IMG/VR virus record: IMGVR_UViG_3300042465_001922
Coordinates: 1 to 60,059 of that record
Source of the DNA: a virus
Lineage: Duplodnaviria > Caudoviricetes
DNA length: 60,059 nucleotides
Direction: 5' to 3' (one strand)
How positions within the stretch are numbered: position 1 is the first letter of the stretch; each line of letters opens with the position of its first letter. Positions 45,753-55,699 of this stretch are shown here, one piece after another. The notes under the pieces are model-generated. The model ran no database searches. It was given only the letters and a program-made list of their open reading frames with translations, and had not been told where the DNA came from. A program made the translations under genes and the position numbers.

Positions 45753-46120
45753 TCAGGTCGGGTCGGCCATAACACTTCATTTGGATAGTTAGGTTGTAGC
45801 GGGATGTTTTGCAATTTCTTTTGATATTCAACCCACGCCTGCCACTGAGCTTTGCTTAATGTTGCCGTGTTTGCAATTGCTGCACTTGCTTCATCAAACC
45901 GAACTTTAATTTGTTCATCAACATTGTTTTGTAACGCACTTGACGGGTCTGGCGCGTCTACTTCAACCCAACAGCGATCCGTAATACCCAGCCATGACAA
46001 ATCTCCCAAACGATCTTTTACACCTTCCATGCCAAATATTGGACCCCAGTTTTCCGGTAGTGGTTGTAGGCCACCAATATTTTCACCGGTTTGCGGATTT
46101 TTTAGTTGCCACAGTTTCAT
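45749..46120 (-). CDS. Tail fibre assembly chaperone-like protein
   Basis: C-terminal WVEYQKKLQNIPLQPNYPNEVLWPTRPE typical of Tfa-like chaperones. Confidence 0.7.
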   Translation of the reverse strand: MKLWQLKNPQTGENIGGLQPLPENWGPIFGMEGVKDRLGDLSWLGITDRCWVEVDAPDPSSALQNNVDEQIKVRFDEASAAIANTATLSKAQWQAWVEYQKKLQNIPLQPNYPNEVLWPTRPE

Positions 46121-46808
46121 TTGATACCTCGTTGTCTGCTTGTTGTTTCAGTTTCTCTTGACGTTTTATCTCTCGTTCACCGCTTCCTCCGGTGCCACCC
46201 GCCATATAAATTATGTTTTGATCTTCATCTAATGCTAATTTGTTGTGCAGAAGTCCATCTTCTTTGCCAACCATTAAATTTGGTGCGCCCTCTAAAAAAT
46301 CTTTCTGAGTAGTTATTTCACTTAAATCATCTTCATTTGCATAATTTTTTGTATTGGCAAGTATTTCCATAATACGTTTTGCTTCTTCATCGTCATACCC
46401 AGATGCACCAAGTTGTTGAAACACTGCCATATCATTTGGAAACGGAGGATGCCCATTAAGATGATTTTTTTCAGCTTCTGATACACGCCAGTCTCGCCAA
46501 CTAGAAAAATCTTTACGGGGTGTTATTTGAGCATTGCAACCAACATTAGCAGCTAATTGATGTATTAACTCAATAACTTCTACTGGCTGCATAAGACACC
46601 ACAAATGTCGCCCACCATCCCCACGCATCATAAGTTCTGTGGTTCCACCAAACGCTGTACCAACCATCATAGATCTAGCTCGGTTGTAATTACTTTCCCG
46701 GTTTTCTAAATCCATTTTGGCTTCAAATTCACGCAACTGCTCAGCATGCTTTACTGCTATTGCATTTTCAGTAGCTTGAATTTTTTTAACAGCTTCACGT
46801 TTTTTCAT
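46083..46808 (-). CDS. Hypothetical protein
   Basis: Likely start ATG 46808 (MKKREAV), ATGA overlap with the Gly-rich gene. Confidence 0.65.
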   Translation of the reverse strand: MKKREAVKKIQATENAIAVKHAEQLREFEAKMDLENRESNYNRARSMMVGTAFGGTTELMMRGDGGRHLWCLMQPVEVIELIHQLAANVGCNAQITPRKDFSSWRDWRVSEAEKNHLNGHPPFPNDMAVFQQLGASGYDDEEAKRIMEILANTKNYANEDDLSEITTQKDFLEGAPNLMVGKEDGLLHNKLALDEDQNIIYMAGGTGGSGEREIKRQEKLKQQADNEVSNETVATKKSANR

Positions 46809-48127
46809 TGCGGGTTCCATGAAATAACAATTTGACCACCAGGCGATGCAACTGTAATTGGGTATGAACCACCAGGAGTTACTGGTAGGCAATTAACTGT
46901 CGATGGTGTAGCAGCAGATCCTGAAGGTGTTGGCGATGTTCCACCAGCTCCACCAGCTCCTCCTCTTCCACCTCCTCCTCCCCCGCCAGACACGGTCCAT
47001 GAATTAAACGGGGCAGGAGTGCAAGGGAAAGAATATCCACTACCACCAGCTCCACCGGATCTATAAATTTGAGGAAAAGTTGGATTTCCTGGAGCTGGAT
47101 TTCCTCCATATGGGTTAAACGAAAACGGTCCTGGCCTACGACAATTGTACGGAGGGGCAAATGGAAATATACAATAAGACACAACATTTATAGATCTACC
47201 GGCTTGTGTGTTAAGTGCAGGCCACGGACCGTTTACATTGCTACCTATGCTTGATCCTCCAGTAGTGTTTACTGGAAACGCTGGTGTATATGCAGGAAGC
47301 AATGGCGCGCTACTGCAAGACCATGTACCACCTGCGGCACCTAAATAATTATTACACGGTGCAGCTGGAGGAAAATTCGATGCTGATGGTCCACTTGTTC
47401 CATCATTTGTAACTCCTGCGCCTCCACCGCCTGTACCACCTTTTACCCTCCAACAAGTCATATTAGGGTACGAAGTGCGTTGAAAATTGGCGCCGGATCC
47501 ACCATTTCCTCCGCCACTTCCACCCGATCCACCACTACTCGCTCCAGCACTAGATCCCGCACCGCCACCACCGCTATTTCCAGCATTTCCAGCCGCTCCA
47601 GCAACTCCAGCGTTTCCTCCAGCACCCCCATTAAATGTTTGAGATAAACCACTTGATGCGTTTCCAGTATTACCTGGATTGCCAGCATTTCCAGCATTGC
47701 CAGCATTTCCCGAAGCTCCTGAGCTTCCAGGATTTCCGGCGGTTTGGCATGGTCCATTCCCCTGATTACCACCAACAGTAAAATATGGTGCAGAAGGAGG
47801 AGGACTCCCTCCAAATACAGTTATATAACCTCCACACGGATCTGTGCCTTTCCAAGCACCACCACCACGATTTCCACATCTAAATTGATTAGTATTTCCG
47901 TCTTGCCGTGCTGCTCCTGAACCGCCTCCACCTCCACCAGTTCCAGGATTTCCTGGATTTCCAGAATTCCCAGCGTTACCAGGATTACCGGTTCCGCCTT
48001 TGCCGGTAATGCTTACTTTCTTAACTCCAGGGGGAACAGTAAATGTACCACTCGCATTAAAGGTTTGCGTACCGCCAGGAACTAACCCAGCCCCAAGAAC
48101 ACCAATTTTTGCTGATCCAATAGGCAT
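46805..48127 (-). CDS. Gly/Asn/Pro-rich tail-fibre tip/adhesin-like protein
   Basis: TFNASGTFTVPPGVKKVSITGKGG start; G-N-P/G-N-A triplet runs; poly-Gly; VTPGGSYPITV...GQIVISW end. Confidence 0.7.
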   Translation of the reverse strand: MPIGSAKIGVLGAGLVPGGTQTFNASGTFTVPPGVKKVSITGKGGTGNPGNAGNSGNPGNPGTGGGGGGSGAARQDGNTNQFRCGNRGGGAWKGTDPCGGYITVFGGSPPPSAPYFTVGGNQGNGPCQTAGNPGSSGASGNAGNAGNAGNPGNTGNASSGLSQTFNGGAGGNAGVAGAAGNAGNSGGGGAGSSAGASSGGSGGSGGGNGGSGANFQRTSYPNMTCWRVKGGTGGGGAGVTNDGTSGPSASNFPPAAPCNNYLGAAGGTWSCSSAPLLPAYTPAFPVNTTGGSSIGSNVNGPWPALNTQAGRSINVVSYCIFPFAPPYNCRRPGPFSFNPYGGNPAPGNPTFPQIYRSGGAGGSGYSFPCTPAPFNSWTVSGGGGGGGRGGAGGAGGTSPTPSGSAATPSTVNCLPVTPGGSYPITVASPGGQIVISWNPQ

Positions 48128-48129
48128 TT

Positions 48130-48732
48130 TTACCTCCTACTTTTAAGCCCCAAGCTTGGGCGCTTATCAAATTTATGGTCGGCGTTGGGGCCGTCCTGTT
48201 TAACGTAATGCAACATAAACTGCACATTTACTTCTGTTTCTGTAGCCGGTGTACGCCAGTGTTTAATTTGGCACCCATGATAAATACAAGCATCGCCAGG
48301 TTCAAGAACATGTTCCGATGGCTCTGACCCAGGAGCTTGCATCCAAATAGGCCAAGGCTTTCCAACAGTTGCTATATGACAAGTTACTGAAATTTCACAT
48401 GCCGGTCGGTCAGTATGCGGTTTAAGCTCGTCACCTTTGGTGTAGACCCTGGTAAATGAATATGACGGGAATAGCTTATACCCAGTAATTTCTTCCATCT
48501 CAGAAAGAGAGTTAACCAAAACCGTTTCAATTAGCGGATCTGCGTACCACGAAATCTTGCTGCTATCACCATCTCGACCACCTTGATTGTTTTCAGGATA
48601 ACGCTTTAATGAGTTTTCAAGATACCGGGAAATAGTTGATACCGATTGTGGATCAATAAACCCACGGACAATTGTGTAACCTTTGTTTTGAAACTCTTCA
48701 GTTCTAGTCATAATAAAACCATCCTGTAACAA
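48130..48732 (-). CDS. 2OG-Fe(II) oxygenase
   Basis: LKPHTDRPACEISVT...IKHWR (HxD...H). Confidence 0.8.
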   Translation of the reverse strand: MLQDGFIMTRTEEFQNKGYTIVRGFIDPQSVSTISRYLENSLKRYPENNQGGRDGDSSKISWYADPLIETVLVNSLSEMEEITGYKLFPSYSFTRVYTKGDELKPHTDRPACEISVTCHIATVGKPWPIWMQAPGSEPSEHVLEPGDACIYHGCQIKHWRTPATETEVNVQFMLHYVKQDGPNADHKFDKRPSLGLKSRR

Positions 48733-49345
48733 TGTATTTGTATTTATCTGTTAACACAGGGTTTCCGCGATGCGCATGTGTATATGAAGCAGGCCACAAC
48801 AACATCAAGTTCTCTTCTGGTTTAACTCTGGTTCTTTGATACAAAAATTCAGTTTCCCCACCGTCATTATCTTCAAATGAGTTTAAATACACCATATAAA
48901 CCAAAACTCGATTAGCTTGTGTACCCGGACCTTGTTCTCCGTGCCAAACATGATAACCACCTCCGGGGCTGGTACGTTGCATCTTCATAACTGAAGCACG
49001 AATTTTTCCGTTATCCCGAAGTATTGAATATTTAGCTGTGTAATTGTCGTAGCAAGCTTGCAAACCATCAAAAAATAAATCACACGAATCTTTTTGAAAA
49101 TCTTTGGTTAACCCGTTCTCATCAACTTCATTCCATTTAAATGGTTGAAGATTGTGATTACGCAGCTCTATTCCTATTTGATAATCATCTTTAATGTGCT
49201 TATTTGCATTCTCTGATTTCTGACGATTGGCGCCAACACCACCTTCTTCAAGGCGATTGAATTCAGCAATCAAATGCTCACAGTATCCAGATGGATACAG
49301 GTTTCGGTAATAACCAATAAAGTCTTTGTGTTCTACGTCGTTCAT
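48704..49345 (-). CDS. 2OG-Fe(II) oxygenase (prolyl-4-hydroxylase-like)
   Basis: GYHVWHGE...YLN...GGETEF...THAHRG...KYIVTGW. Confidence 0.85.
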   Translation of the reverse strand: MNDVEHKDFIGYYRNLYPSGYCEHLIAEFNRLEEGGVGANRQKSENANKHIKDDYQIGIELRNHNLQPFKWNEVDENGLTKDFQKDSCDLFFDGLQACYDNYTAKYSILRDNGKIRASVMKMQRTSPGGGYHVWHGEQGPGTQANRVLVYMVYLNSFEDNDGGETEFLYQRTRVKPEENLMLLWPASYTHAHRGNPVLTDKYKYIVTGWFYYD

Positions 49346-49935
49346 TTAAATGGTGGCCCCGATATCCATGCGACTAACGATTGACGACTTCCTTGCGTTA
49401 CAGGAGTTACTTGATGCAAGGTCCAAGATGGAAAAGCAACAATAAGACCGCGTTGCTTTCTCATTTTTAATACGTCCTTTCCATGAGTTTGAAGCTCTAA
49501 TACGCCACCCTCGTATTCAACAGGATCGGACAATTGCATTACCAAAGACAATTTTCTGCATGGAGCATTCGTATGCGGACCCATATCCACATGCCATCCA
49601 TACATTCCATTTTCAGATTCGTCATAATGAGTCAATTGAATTTGCTCACCAAACCCCGTTAAGTTAAATCTAAAAAATTGCGAGTTTAAATTTGAAACAA
49701 CGTGTGCCAATGTTTCAAATACCCAAACTGTTTCAGGAGTATTAGATAACCAGTGCAAACCCGATCTACGCACATTTTCATTAACCGAACCATTCCCACC
49801 GCCGCCAACCTCTGCTTTTACTTGAACATTACGAGCTTGTTGTTGCAACCAGTTCAATTGCTGGTCATTAAAAGCACCTTCCCACCAAGCATACGGTTCT
49901 TGCGCTTGATTATATGGGGTTAACAAATATTGCAT
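49342..49935 (-). CDS. 2OG-Fe(II) oxygenase (PKHD-type-like)
   Basis: YGWHVD...RKLSLVMQLSDPVEYEGGVL...FPSWTLHQVTPVTQGSRQSLVAW. Confidence 0.9.
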   Translation of the reverse strand: MQYLLTPYNQAQEPYAWWEGAFNDQQLNWLQQQARNVQVKAEVGGGGNGSVNENVRRSGLHWLSNTPETVWVFETLAHVVSNLNSQFFRFNLTGFGEQIQLTHYDESENGMYGWHVDMGPHTNAPCRKLSLVMQLSDPVEYEGGVLELQTHGKDVLKMRKQRGLIVAFPSWTLHQVTPVTQGSRQSLVAWISGPPFK

Positions 49936-50535
49936 TTAATTTTGTCTTTCTTTGCAACTTAATGTGAAATGAATAAATTTTGTTGATTCGGGAACTTGAT
50001 TAAAAGCAAACTGATGAGGAAGCCAGGCATTAAAAAACATAAATGTGCCTGGCGCCATGTTATTAAAATAAATCTTTGGGGTTCCAACTCTTAATTCATT
50101 ATCAGCCATCATAAAATCAGTCATGGCTTTGCTAGTTCTTGGATCTGAAAATATTGGAAACGATCCGCCTTCTGGAGCTTCTAAAAAAAACAAGCCACAC
50201 ATTTGCGTATTAGCATGAACGTGCGGCTCGTGCATTCCTCCCTGCCCTATTTCCTGCCCCCACATACCAGATGTGTAAAACTCAAATGGGTCGATAAAAT
50301 AACCCTGTTGCTTTAAAAGATCAGTAGCAGTCTTCGCAAAATAGTCAGATAAGAAAAATAATTCTGGATCATTGCCCATGTGACCAGTCTGTGTCACCGG
50401 CCAAGTCATGTTTCTTTCTTGGTCTATTTTCTTTTGCTCTGCGTAATACCTTTCTGAGTTTTTTAAAACATGATCGACCCACTCGGGCTTTTCTTCCCGA
50501 TACACGGCAGAAGGAAAATAGTGAAACTCATTCAC
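49936..50535 (-). CDS. Putative 2OG-Fe(II) oxygenase (HxH...H type)
   Basis: HEPHVHANTQMCGLFFL...FSDPR...FFNAWLPH. Confidence 0.8.
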   Translation of the reverse strand: MNEFHYFPSAVYREEKPEWVDHVLKNSERYYAEQKKIDQERNMTWPVTQTGHMGNDPELFFLSDYFAKTATDLLKQQGYFIDPFEFYTSGMWGQEIGQGGMHEPHVHANTQMCGLFFLEAPEGGSFPIFSDPRTSKAMTDFMMADNELRVGTPKIYFNNMAPGTFMFFNAWLPHQFAFNQVPESTKFIHFTLSCKERQN

Positions 50536-50732
50536 TGGTTGACGTATTGCTCAATCGTCTGGGCAAATGCAGTAATGTCAGCAGCAGTAATGCCACGATC
50601 ACCAACCGGCTTATTGCGATCATTTTCCATGATCACATCGCGAGCAATACGCACTGCTTCCATTTTGTTATTAAGAGCCTGTTGAGCTTTTTGAAACTCA
50701 ATAGTGTCAATTTGTTCTTGGGTAAGAGCCAT
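50532..50732 (-). CDS. Hypothetical protein
   Basis: 66 aa, AAGGAG RBS. Confidence 0.7.
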   Translation of the reverse strand: MALTQEQIDTIEFQKAQQALNNKMEAVRIARDVIMENDRNKPVGDRGITAADITAFAQTIEQYVNQ

Positions 50733-50747
50733 TTTGTTACTCCTTAA

Positions 50748-51725
50748 TTAAGAAAGGTTTTTCATTGGGATTGAAACGTAATAAGTGGTTCCACCGTCAG
50801 GTGTCATAAAGAACCAAATATCTGTTGCATTAGCGGTCGTAGTCCGTGTGACCGATCCATCGGGATACTTGAATGTACCACCGGCAAGTGTCACCGTCCG
50901 ACCTGGTGTTGCATCATTGGTAAGAATCAACACGAATGATGATGCTCCTGATGACACGGGATACCGAAGCGTAAAGGTGCAGCTACCGGTAAGGGTTGCC
51001 GTAAAGACTCCGCCACTTGTTACGTCTACGTTGATAGCCGTGCCTGTGTTGCCAAGGGCCGTGACCGTGTCGGCATATCCAGCTGCCTTAACAAAGTTAC
51101 CGGTAGTAACCGCTGCTGACAGGGCCAGCAAACTCGTGCTTGAAGGGGCCACGCCTGCGCCGCCACCGATCACAAAGTTATTTGCTGCAAGCGCACCAGA
51201 GGAGGCTAAGACTCCAGAAGCAGTGTAAGCCAGCACACCGCCGGAGGTTCCAGATGTTAGTCCGGTTCCGCCGTTTGCTACCGGCAGAGTTCCGCTAACC
51301 CCAGTGGTCAGGCTGACTGCCTCGTTAGAAGCAATCTTGACAAAGTCTGATCCATCCCAGGCTACGCAAGCATTTTTACCAGCTGCAATCGTCACACCGG
51401 TTGTGGCCGATCCTTTGACCACTACTGCTGCGTCTGACTGATTGATAACAAAGTAAGCCTTGCTTGAAGACGGGGCGATGATGTTTCGGCTGACCCCAGG
51501 AGACCCGGTCGGCTTGAGAATTGCGCATCGAGCCTGGTTAGCTGACCCAGATCCGGTGGTTGATAGCGTCCAGTCACCACCAGCTACGCTGGCTGTGGCC
51601 GTCTGAGCGACAGAATCCTCGACCAGCTGAGTAATACTGTCGTTAACTGTGGTACCCCACGTACCGGATAACTCCCCGGTGGTAGGTAGGGCAAACCCTA
51701 ATAGGGTGGTGTAATTAGTTGCCAT
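50748..51725 (-). CDS. Tail fibre protein
   Basis: LPTTGELSGTWGTTVN anchor, GTLPVANGGTG repeat, C-terminal TTTANATDIWFFMTPDGGTTYY. Confidence 0.75.
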   Translation of the reverse strand: MATNYTTLLGFALPTTGELSGTWGTTVNDSITQLVEDSVAQTATASVAGGDWTLSTTGSGSANQARCAILKPTGSPGVSRNIIAPSSSKAYFVINQSDAAVVVKGSATTGVTIAAGKNACVAWDGSDFVKIASNEAVSLTTGVSGTLPVANGGTGLTSGTSGGVLAYTASGVLASSGALAANNFVIGGGAGVAPSSTSLLALSAAVTTGNFVKAAGYADTVTALGNTGTAINVDVTSGGVFTATLTGSCTFTLRYPVSSGASSFVLILTNDATPGRTVTLAGGTFKYPDGSVTRTTTANATDIWFFMTPDGGTTYYVSIPMKNLS

Positions 51726-51734
51726 GTTTGATCC

Positions 51735-52802
51735 TTATGCTGCTGTGTTGATTTGTTCCCAGTTTGCTGCCTGAGCGTCATTAATAATCGTCCAACCTCT
51801 AATCAAAACTGTTCCGACAGCGCCGGTTCCGGCAACTCCGGTTACAAGTTTACTATCGTCTATCTCAATTTCAACCGTTCCGATAGCCCCAGTCCCAGAT
51901 ACTCCGGTGGGTTTGCCTGCCGCAAGCGGTGTCGTGGTTCCAACGGCCCCTGTGCCTTCCACCCCGGTTGGGATGACGGTCTCGTCGAATTGAGGCGTTA
52001 CCGTTCCAACAGCTCCGGTAGCCCCAACGCCATCTACAAGCACCTCAAATACAAAGATGCCGGCAGATACCGCACCGGTTCCTTGTACTCCAGTTGGTGT
52101 GTATGAAATTGCCGGGGTGGTGGTTCCTACCTGACCAGTTCCCTGTACCCCAGTCGGAATGACGTTTTCCCCAACGCTGAAGGAAACCGTACCGATGGCA
52201 CCTGTACCCTGAACACCGTCTGGGATGTAAGCATCATTGGTCTGGAAAGTGACCGATCCAATATCTCCGGTTCCGGCCACCGATATAGAGCCGTTACCCC
52301 AGCCTCCGCCACCCCAGTTGATTGATCCCCAACCATCAAAGTACACGGTCCGGTCAAACACCTCGACCATCTGGGCATCGCCCACGGCTCCGGTACCCTG
52401 GACGCCATTGACGATCAGAGCGTCATCAATCTTGATCAGTACATCTCCAACCGCCCCTGTGCCGCTGGCCCCGTTTGGAGTTTCGGTTAAGAGATAGTTG
52501 GCCGGAGCTGCTACTGATCCAGTTCCCTCGACTCCGGTGACTTCTACAAGCTTAAGAACCTGTGTCGCAACATTGTTAACTGCACCTGTTGCGCTGACGC
52601 CGGACTGGGTATAAGAAACAAGCGGGGTCTCATCACCAACCGCACCTGTTCCGACAACCCCGGTGACATTAGATGTTATTTGGAAGGACACGGAGCCTAC
52701 GGCCCCGGATCCTGAGACGCCGGTTACCTGGTAATAGGAAAGGTCAAGTCCCCAGGTGCCTTCACTCCAAGGGACTTCACCCCAGCCAGCGTAGACCGGC
52801 AT
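51735..52802 (-). CDS. Repeat-rich virion fibre protein
   Basis: More than ten xTGVxGTGAVG-like repeats; GWG..WG motifs. Confidence 0.7.
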   Translation of the reverse strand: MPVYAGWGEVPWSEGTWGLDLSYYQVTGVSGSGAVGSVSFQITSNVTGVVGTGAVGDETPLVSYTQSGVSATGAVNNVATQVLKLVEVTGVEGTGSVAAPANYLLTETPNGASGTGAVGDVLIKIDDALIVNGVQGTGAVGDAQMVEVFDRTVYFDGWGSINWGGGGWGNGSISVAGTGDIGSVTFQTNDAYIPDGVQGTGAIGTVSFSVGENVIPTGVQGTGQVGTTTPAISYTPTGVQGTGAVSAGIFVFEVLVDGVGATGAVGTVTPQFDETVIPTGVEGTGAVGTTTPLAAGKPTGVSGTGAIGTVEIEIDDSKLVTGVAGTGAVGTVLIRGWTIINDAQAANWEQINTAA

Positions 52803-52811
52803 GTCTTACTC

Positions 52812-53273
52812 TTAGGCGATACGAATGATCGCGGTAGCGGCAGCTGCTGCGGGGAACTGAATCTGGAAGTCGCCCGAAGAAACCTGCTGATCGCCACCGA
52901 AGCTCAGAATTGCGCAAGCCGGATTGCCAGTAGCGGTATCGTTATAAATGATGCCGCCAGAGGTTGTGAAGGTTGCGGAAGTCCAAGTGTAGTTATCAAA
53001 GTCGCAGACTGCGGTAGTGCCATCAGCAACCGGGGTAACCGAGGTCAGCGTAGCGCCACCCGTGGTGTAGCCGTTACCGTTGGCCAGCTCGTCAGAGTTT
53101 GACGACAGGGTGTCATAGCTGGTCGTGGCAGCGTTGTATGTGCCAGTAACAGTAGCAGTTGACTTGCCCAGAGCAATCTTGAAAGTATTGCCGGTCGAAG
53201 CGGTAAAGTTGTGAACAGCCTTCAGGATTTCCACCTTGAAGGAAGTCGGCATAGCAGTAGTAAATCCAGCCAT
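52812..53273 (-). CDS. Virion structural protein
   Basis: TSFKVEILKAVHNF...GYTTGGATL...FQIQFPAA...AIIRIA. Confidence 0.7.
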   Translation of the reverse strand: MAGFTTAMPTSFKVEILKAVHNFTASTGNTFKIALGKSTATVTGTYNAATTSYDTLSSNSDELANGNGYTTGGATLTSVTPVADGTTAVCDFDNYTWTSATFTTSGGIIYNDTATGNPACAILSFGGDQQVSSGDFQIQFPAAAAATAIIRIA

Positions 53274-53274
53274 T

Positions 53275-53562
53275 TTAGTTCTCCAAAAGTTTAGTTAATT
53301 CAGAATGTCCCGCATCGCGGAGACGGTTAGAAATCGTGGTGTGATTTGATCTGACGCACTGATTGCCATAGCTCACCAGCACCATACGAATGTGATCGCG
53401 AAACGCTTCAGCCTGTTGACGAATCACAGGATCTGCGGTTGCGCTAATAGAAATAATCCGATCTACGGCGTTTTCGGCCAATTCCTCTGGAGTAAATCCC
53501 CGACCGGAGACCCCCTTGGCTGTGATTTGACCTAAAAGTGCGCCACCAGATGTAGAAAACAT
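53275..53562 (-). CDS. Hypothetical protein
   Basis: RGFTPEELAE...IISIS..ADPVIRQQAEAFR. Confidence 0.7.
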   Translation of the reverse strand: MFSTSGGALLGQITAKGVSGRGFTPEELAENAVDRIISISATADPVIRQQAEAFRDHIRMVLVSYGNQCVRSNHTTISNRLRDAGHSELTKLLEN

Positions 53563-54194
53563 TAAGCCACCCTAACCTTAACTTGCCCATCACGATAGGC
53601 ATCTTCACGCAGTTTGCCGTCTGCCATGTTCTTCAACAGTGCAATCGACTGGATATACCGTTCCTCGTACAACTTAACCAGGTCCGGCTCTCCCTTCATA
53701 AAGGTGATCGCCTCGACCATAGCGCCGTTAAATAGCGCAGAGTCAAAGTTATCACCTAGCCACGAGGTCCCAGCCGTAACGATACTCGCTGGGTAATAGC
53801 CATAGTGCAGCTCCATCGTGTACGTTGCGTTCGGGGTTGGGCCAAGAATAAACGTGTTTTCGTCAAAGTAAGCGTAATGCGTGGGCTTACCAGTTACAGC
53901 CGGAAAAGGAAACGCCTGGCGGATGTAGTTAACATCTTTGTTAAGTAGGTACTCATACGCCCCGGTTGTCGGATCAATGACCGCTAGTGAATAGGTGTAC
54001 AAGAAATCCGAAGGCTGCTCCAGATACTTATTGTTAGCCGTGGTCTGACCGGTCACATTCTTACGAATGGCCGGAGGCTGGCAGCTGTTGTAGATCCGCT
54101 GCTCGGCTAACTGGGTAAACGTAGCAAACTCGTCCTCTGTGAACGTGTTTTCACAGTAGTCGGCTATGTTGGCTTTTAACTGGGTGTAGTTCAT
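53562..54194 (-). CDS. Putative head-tail adaptor
   Basis: MNYTQLK..I.DY.E...LAEQRIY...GKPTHYA...LGPTP....ELHY. Confidence 0.65.
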   Translation of the reverse strand: MNYTQLKANIADYCENTFTEDEFATFTQLAEQRIYNSCQPPAIRKNVTGQTTANNKYLEQPSDFLYTYSLAVIDPTTGAYEYLLNKDVNYIRQAFPFPAVTGKPTHYAYFDENTFILGPTPNATYTMELHYGYYPASIVTAGTSWLGDNFDSALFNGAMVEAITFMKGEPDLVKLYEERYIQSIALLKNMADGKLREDAYRDGQVKVRVA

Positions 54195-54392
54195 TTAGCC
54201 CATCTTTGTGCTGTGCTTGGTCGCCTTGGTTGCTGCTCCAGTACCGCGAGTCTTTTGAGTCTGGGTGCTGGGAATAGCATTGGGGTAACCATTGTTGCCA
54301 GTATCGGCCTGAGCGTAGTCCTTTGGCTGGGTGTACTTGCCAATAGGATCTTTGGTCTCAGGCGAGAAGTAGTTGAACTTATCGGTATCCAT
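54195..54392 (-). CDS. Small basic-tail protein
   Basis: Likely start ATG 54392; KTRGTGAATKA..S.KMG. Confidence 0.6.
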   Translation of the reverse strand: MDTDKFNYFSPETKDPIGKYTQPKDYAQADTGNNGYPNAIPSTQTQKTRGTGAATKATKHSTKMG

Positions 54393-54393
54393 G

Positions 54394-54579
54394 TTAGATC
54401 CCCGTTGCGCGGACTTTACGAACAGGCGACATCTGGTTGGCAACCTTTGCCAGACCACGCCCGAGCTTCTTCATTTCCAGATTGGTCTTTCCGCCAGCGC
54501 GGTAACCTTTACCGTGCATGCGCTTTTCATGGCCCTTTACTTCGGCCTTGGCGACCTTTTTCATTGCTGATTTATCCAT
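54394..54579 (-). CDS. Small basic protein
   Basis: HEKRMH...YRAGGKTN..MKKLGRGLAKV. Confidence 0.65.
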   Translation of the reverse strand: MDKSAMKKVAKAEVKGHEKRMHGKGYRAGGKTNLEMKKLGRGLAKVANQMSPVRKVRATGI

Positions 54580-54588
54580 TTCCTACTC

Positions 54589-54939
54589 CTACGTAATGTT
54601 GATCGTTACCTGTCCTACACCACCAAACCCTATAACCTGGCCTATTGCAAAAGTATCTCCAGGCTCTATCGGTCCAATCTGCAACTGTAAGGTCAAAGAA
54701 CGGCTCTGGGGGTAACCGGTGAAGTCTGGACGGGGATTGCGCAGCGCCTGGGGGTCATCAACCGGGTACATTCCCAGCTGGAGCTGCGGCTGATCCGGGT
54801 TCCAACACTCCGGGCAGGCCAGGATATTTACGTTCTTTGTCTTAATTACGAGCTGCGCTAACTCCTTTAGTTTGTACCGGAAGCCACAAATGTCGCATTC
54901 CGATATTGCCCATTTACCACTAGCGAACCTGTTACCCAT
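54589..54939 (-). CDS. Zinc-ribbon protein
   Basis: ECDICGF...ACPECWNPDQPQL...DPQALRNPRPD. Confidence 0.7.
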   Translation of the reverse strand: MGNRFASGKWAISECDICGFRYKLKELAQLVIKTKNVNILACPECWNPDQPQLQLGMYPVDDPQALRNPRPDFTGYPQSRSLTLQLQIGPIEPGDTFAIGQVIGFGGVGQVTINIT

Positions 54940-54940
54940 A

Positions 54941-55699
54941 TCACGATGCCGATCCTATGAAGTACTGTCTCGGCACGAACCGGTCCGCTGCTTTCTCCCT
55001 GTCTTCTCCCGCCGCTAAATTCCAAGCCTCGTCGTAGGACGCCTTAAGCATTTCCAGCCTTGGTGTCCCTTCCGGTATTTTCATGGCAATGTAGTACGCA
55101 AGTCCAGCGACAAAACAGTTAAGAAACCGCCAGGGGATGTCAAACGTGTTAATCCCGTTTCCGGCATCCTGCATCCGGCGCAGTCTCCAATAAACAAACT
55201 GGTAATACGGGTTGCCTAAAGTCCCCTGATTGGGGGTGGGCCACACCGTAATCCTGGGATAGGCCACAGCGCCCGGAGCATAGTCACTGGTGGCTGGATA
55301 GGTCTGTCCGGTAAGGCGTTGTACCCAGACCTGAATCGGCCTTGCCTGGGTCAATTTATTGGGGATTGTGGCGTATGTAGAGGAGCTGATCCGGGTAATG
55401 GTCAGGTCGGACTGTGTAGTTGGGTTGTTTTGCCCGGTCCGGATCACATGATCCAAGAGGTCCACGGTATCAACGGGCAGGTCGTAAGTATTGACGCCCT
55501 GCAACAAATTAATGGTCCCCTGCTCGATGGTCCAGAGATTGATCCCACGGTTACCCCAGTCGGCCAGCATAAGGTTGATGCTTCGACGAGCTGTACGGAG
55601 GTCATAGCCTGAGCGCATCTCACGCCCAGCCCGCTCAAAGGCTTCCTCAGCCATCTCGTTTAGATCTGGATTAAATAGGTTCGTGCCGGATGTCGTCAT
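54941..55699 (-). CDS. Putative head-tail adaptor/neck protein
   Basis: EEAFERAG...SGYDLRTARRSINLM..DWGNRGINLW...GLAYYIAMK. Confidence 0.65.
   Translation of the reverse strand: MTTSGTNLFNPDLNEMAEEAFERAGREMRSGYDLRTARRSINLMLADWGNRGINLWTIEQGTINLLQGVNTYDLPVDTVDLLDHVIRTGQNNPTTQSDLTITRISSSTYATIPNKLTQARPIQVWVQRLTGQTYPATSDYAPGAVAYPRITVWPTPNQGTLGNPYYQFVYWRLRRMQDAGNGINTFDIPWRFLNCFVAGLAYYIAMKIPEGTPRLEMLKASYDEAWNLAAGEDREKAADRFVPRQYFIGSAS

Noticed and set aside
46805-52802. Diversity-generating retroelement acting on tail fibres
   Set aside because: No reverse transcriptase, and no template/variable repeat pair differing at adenines was seen
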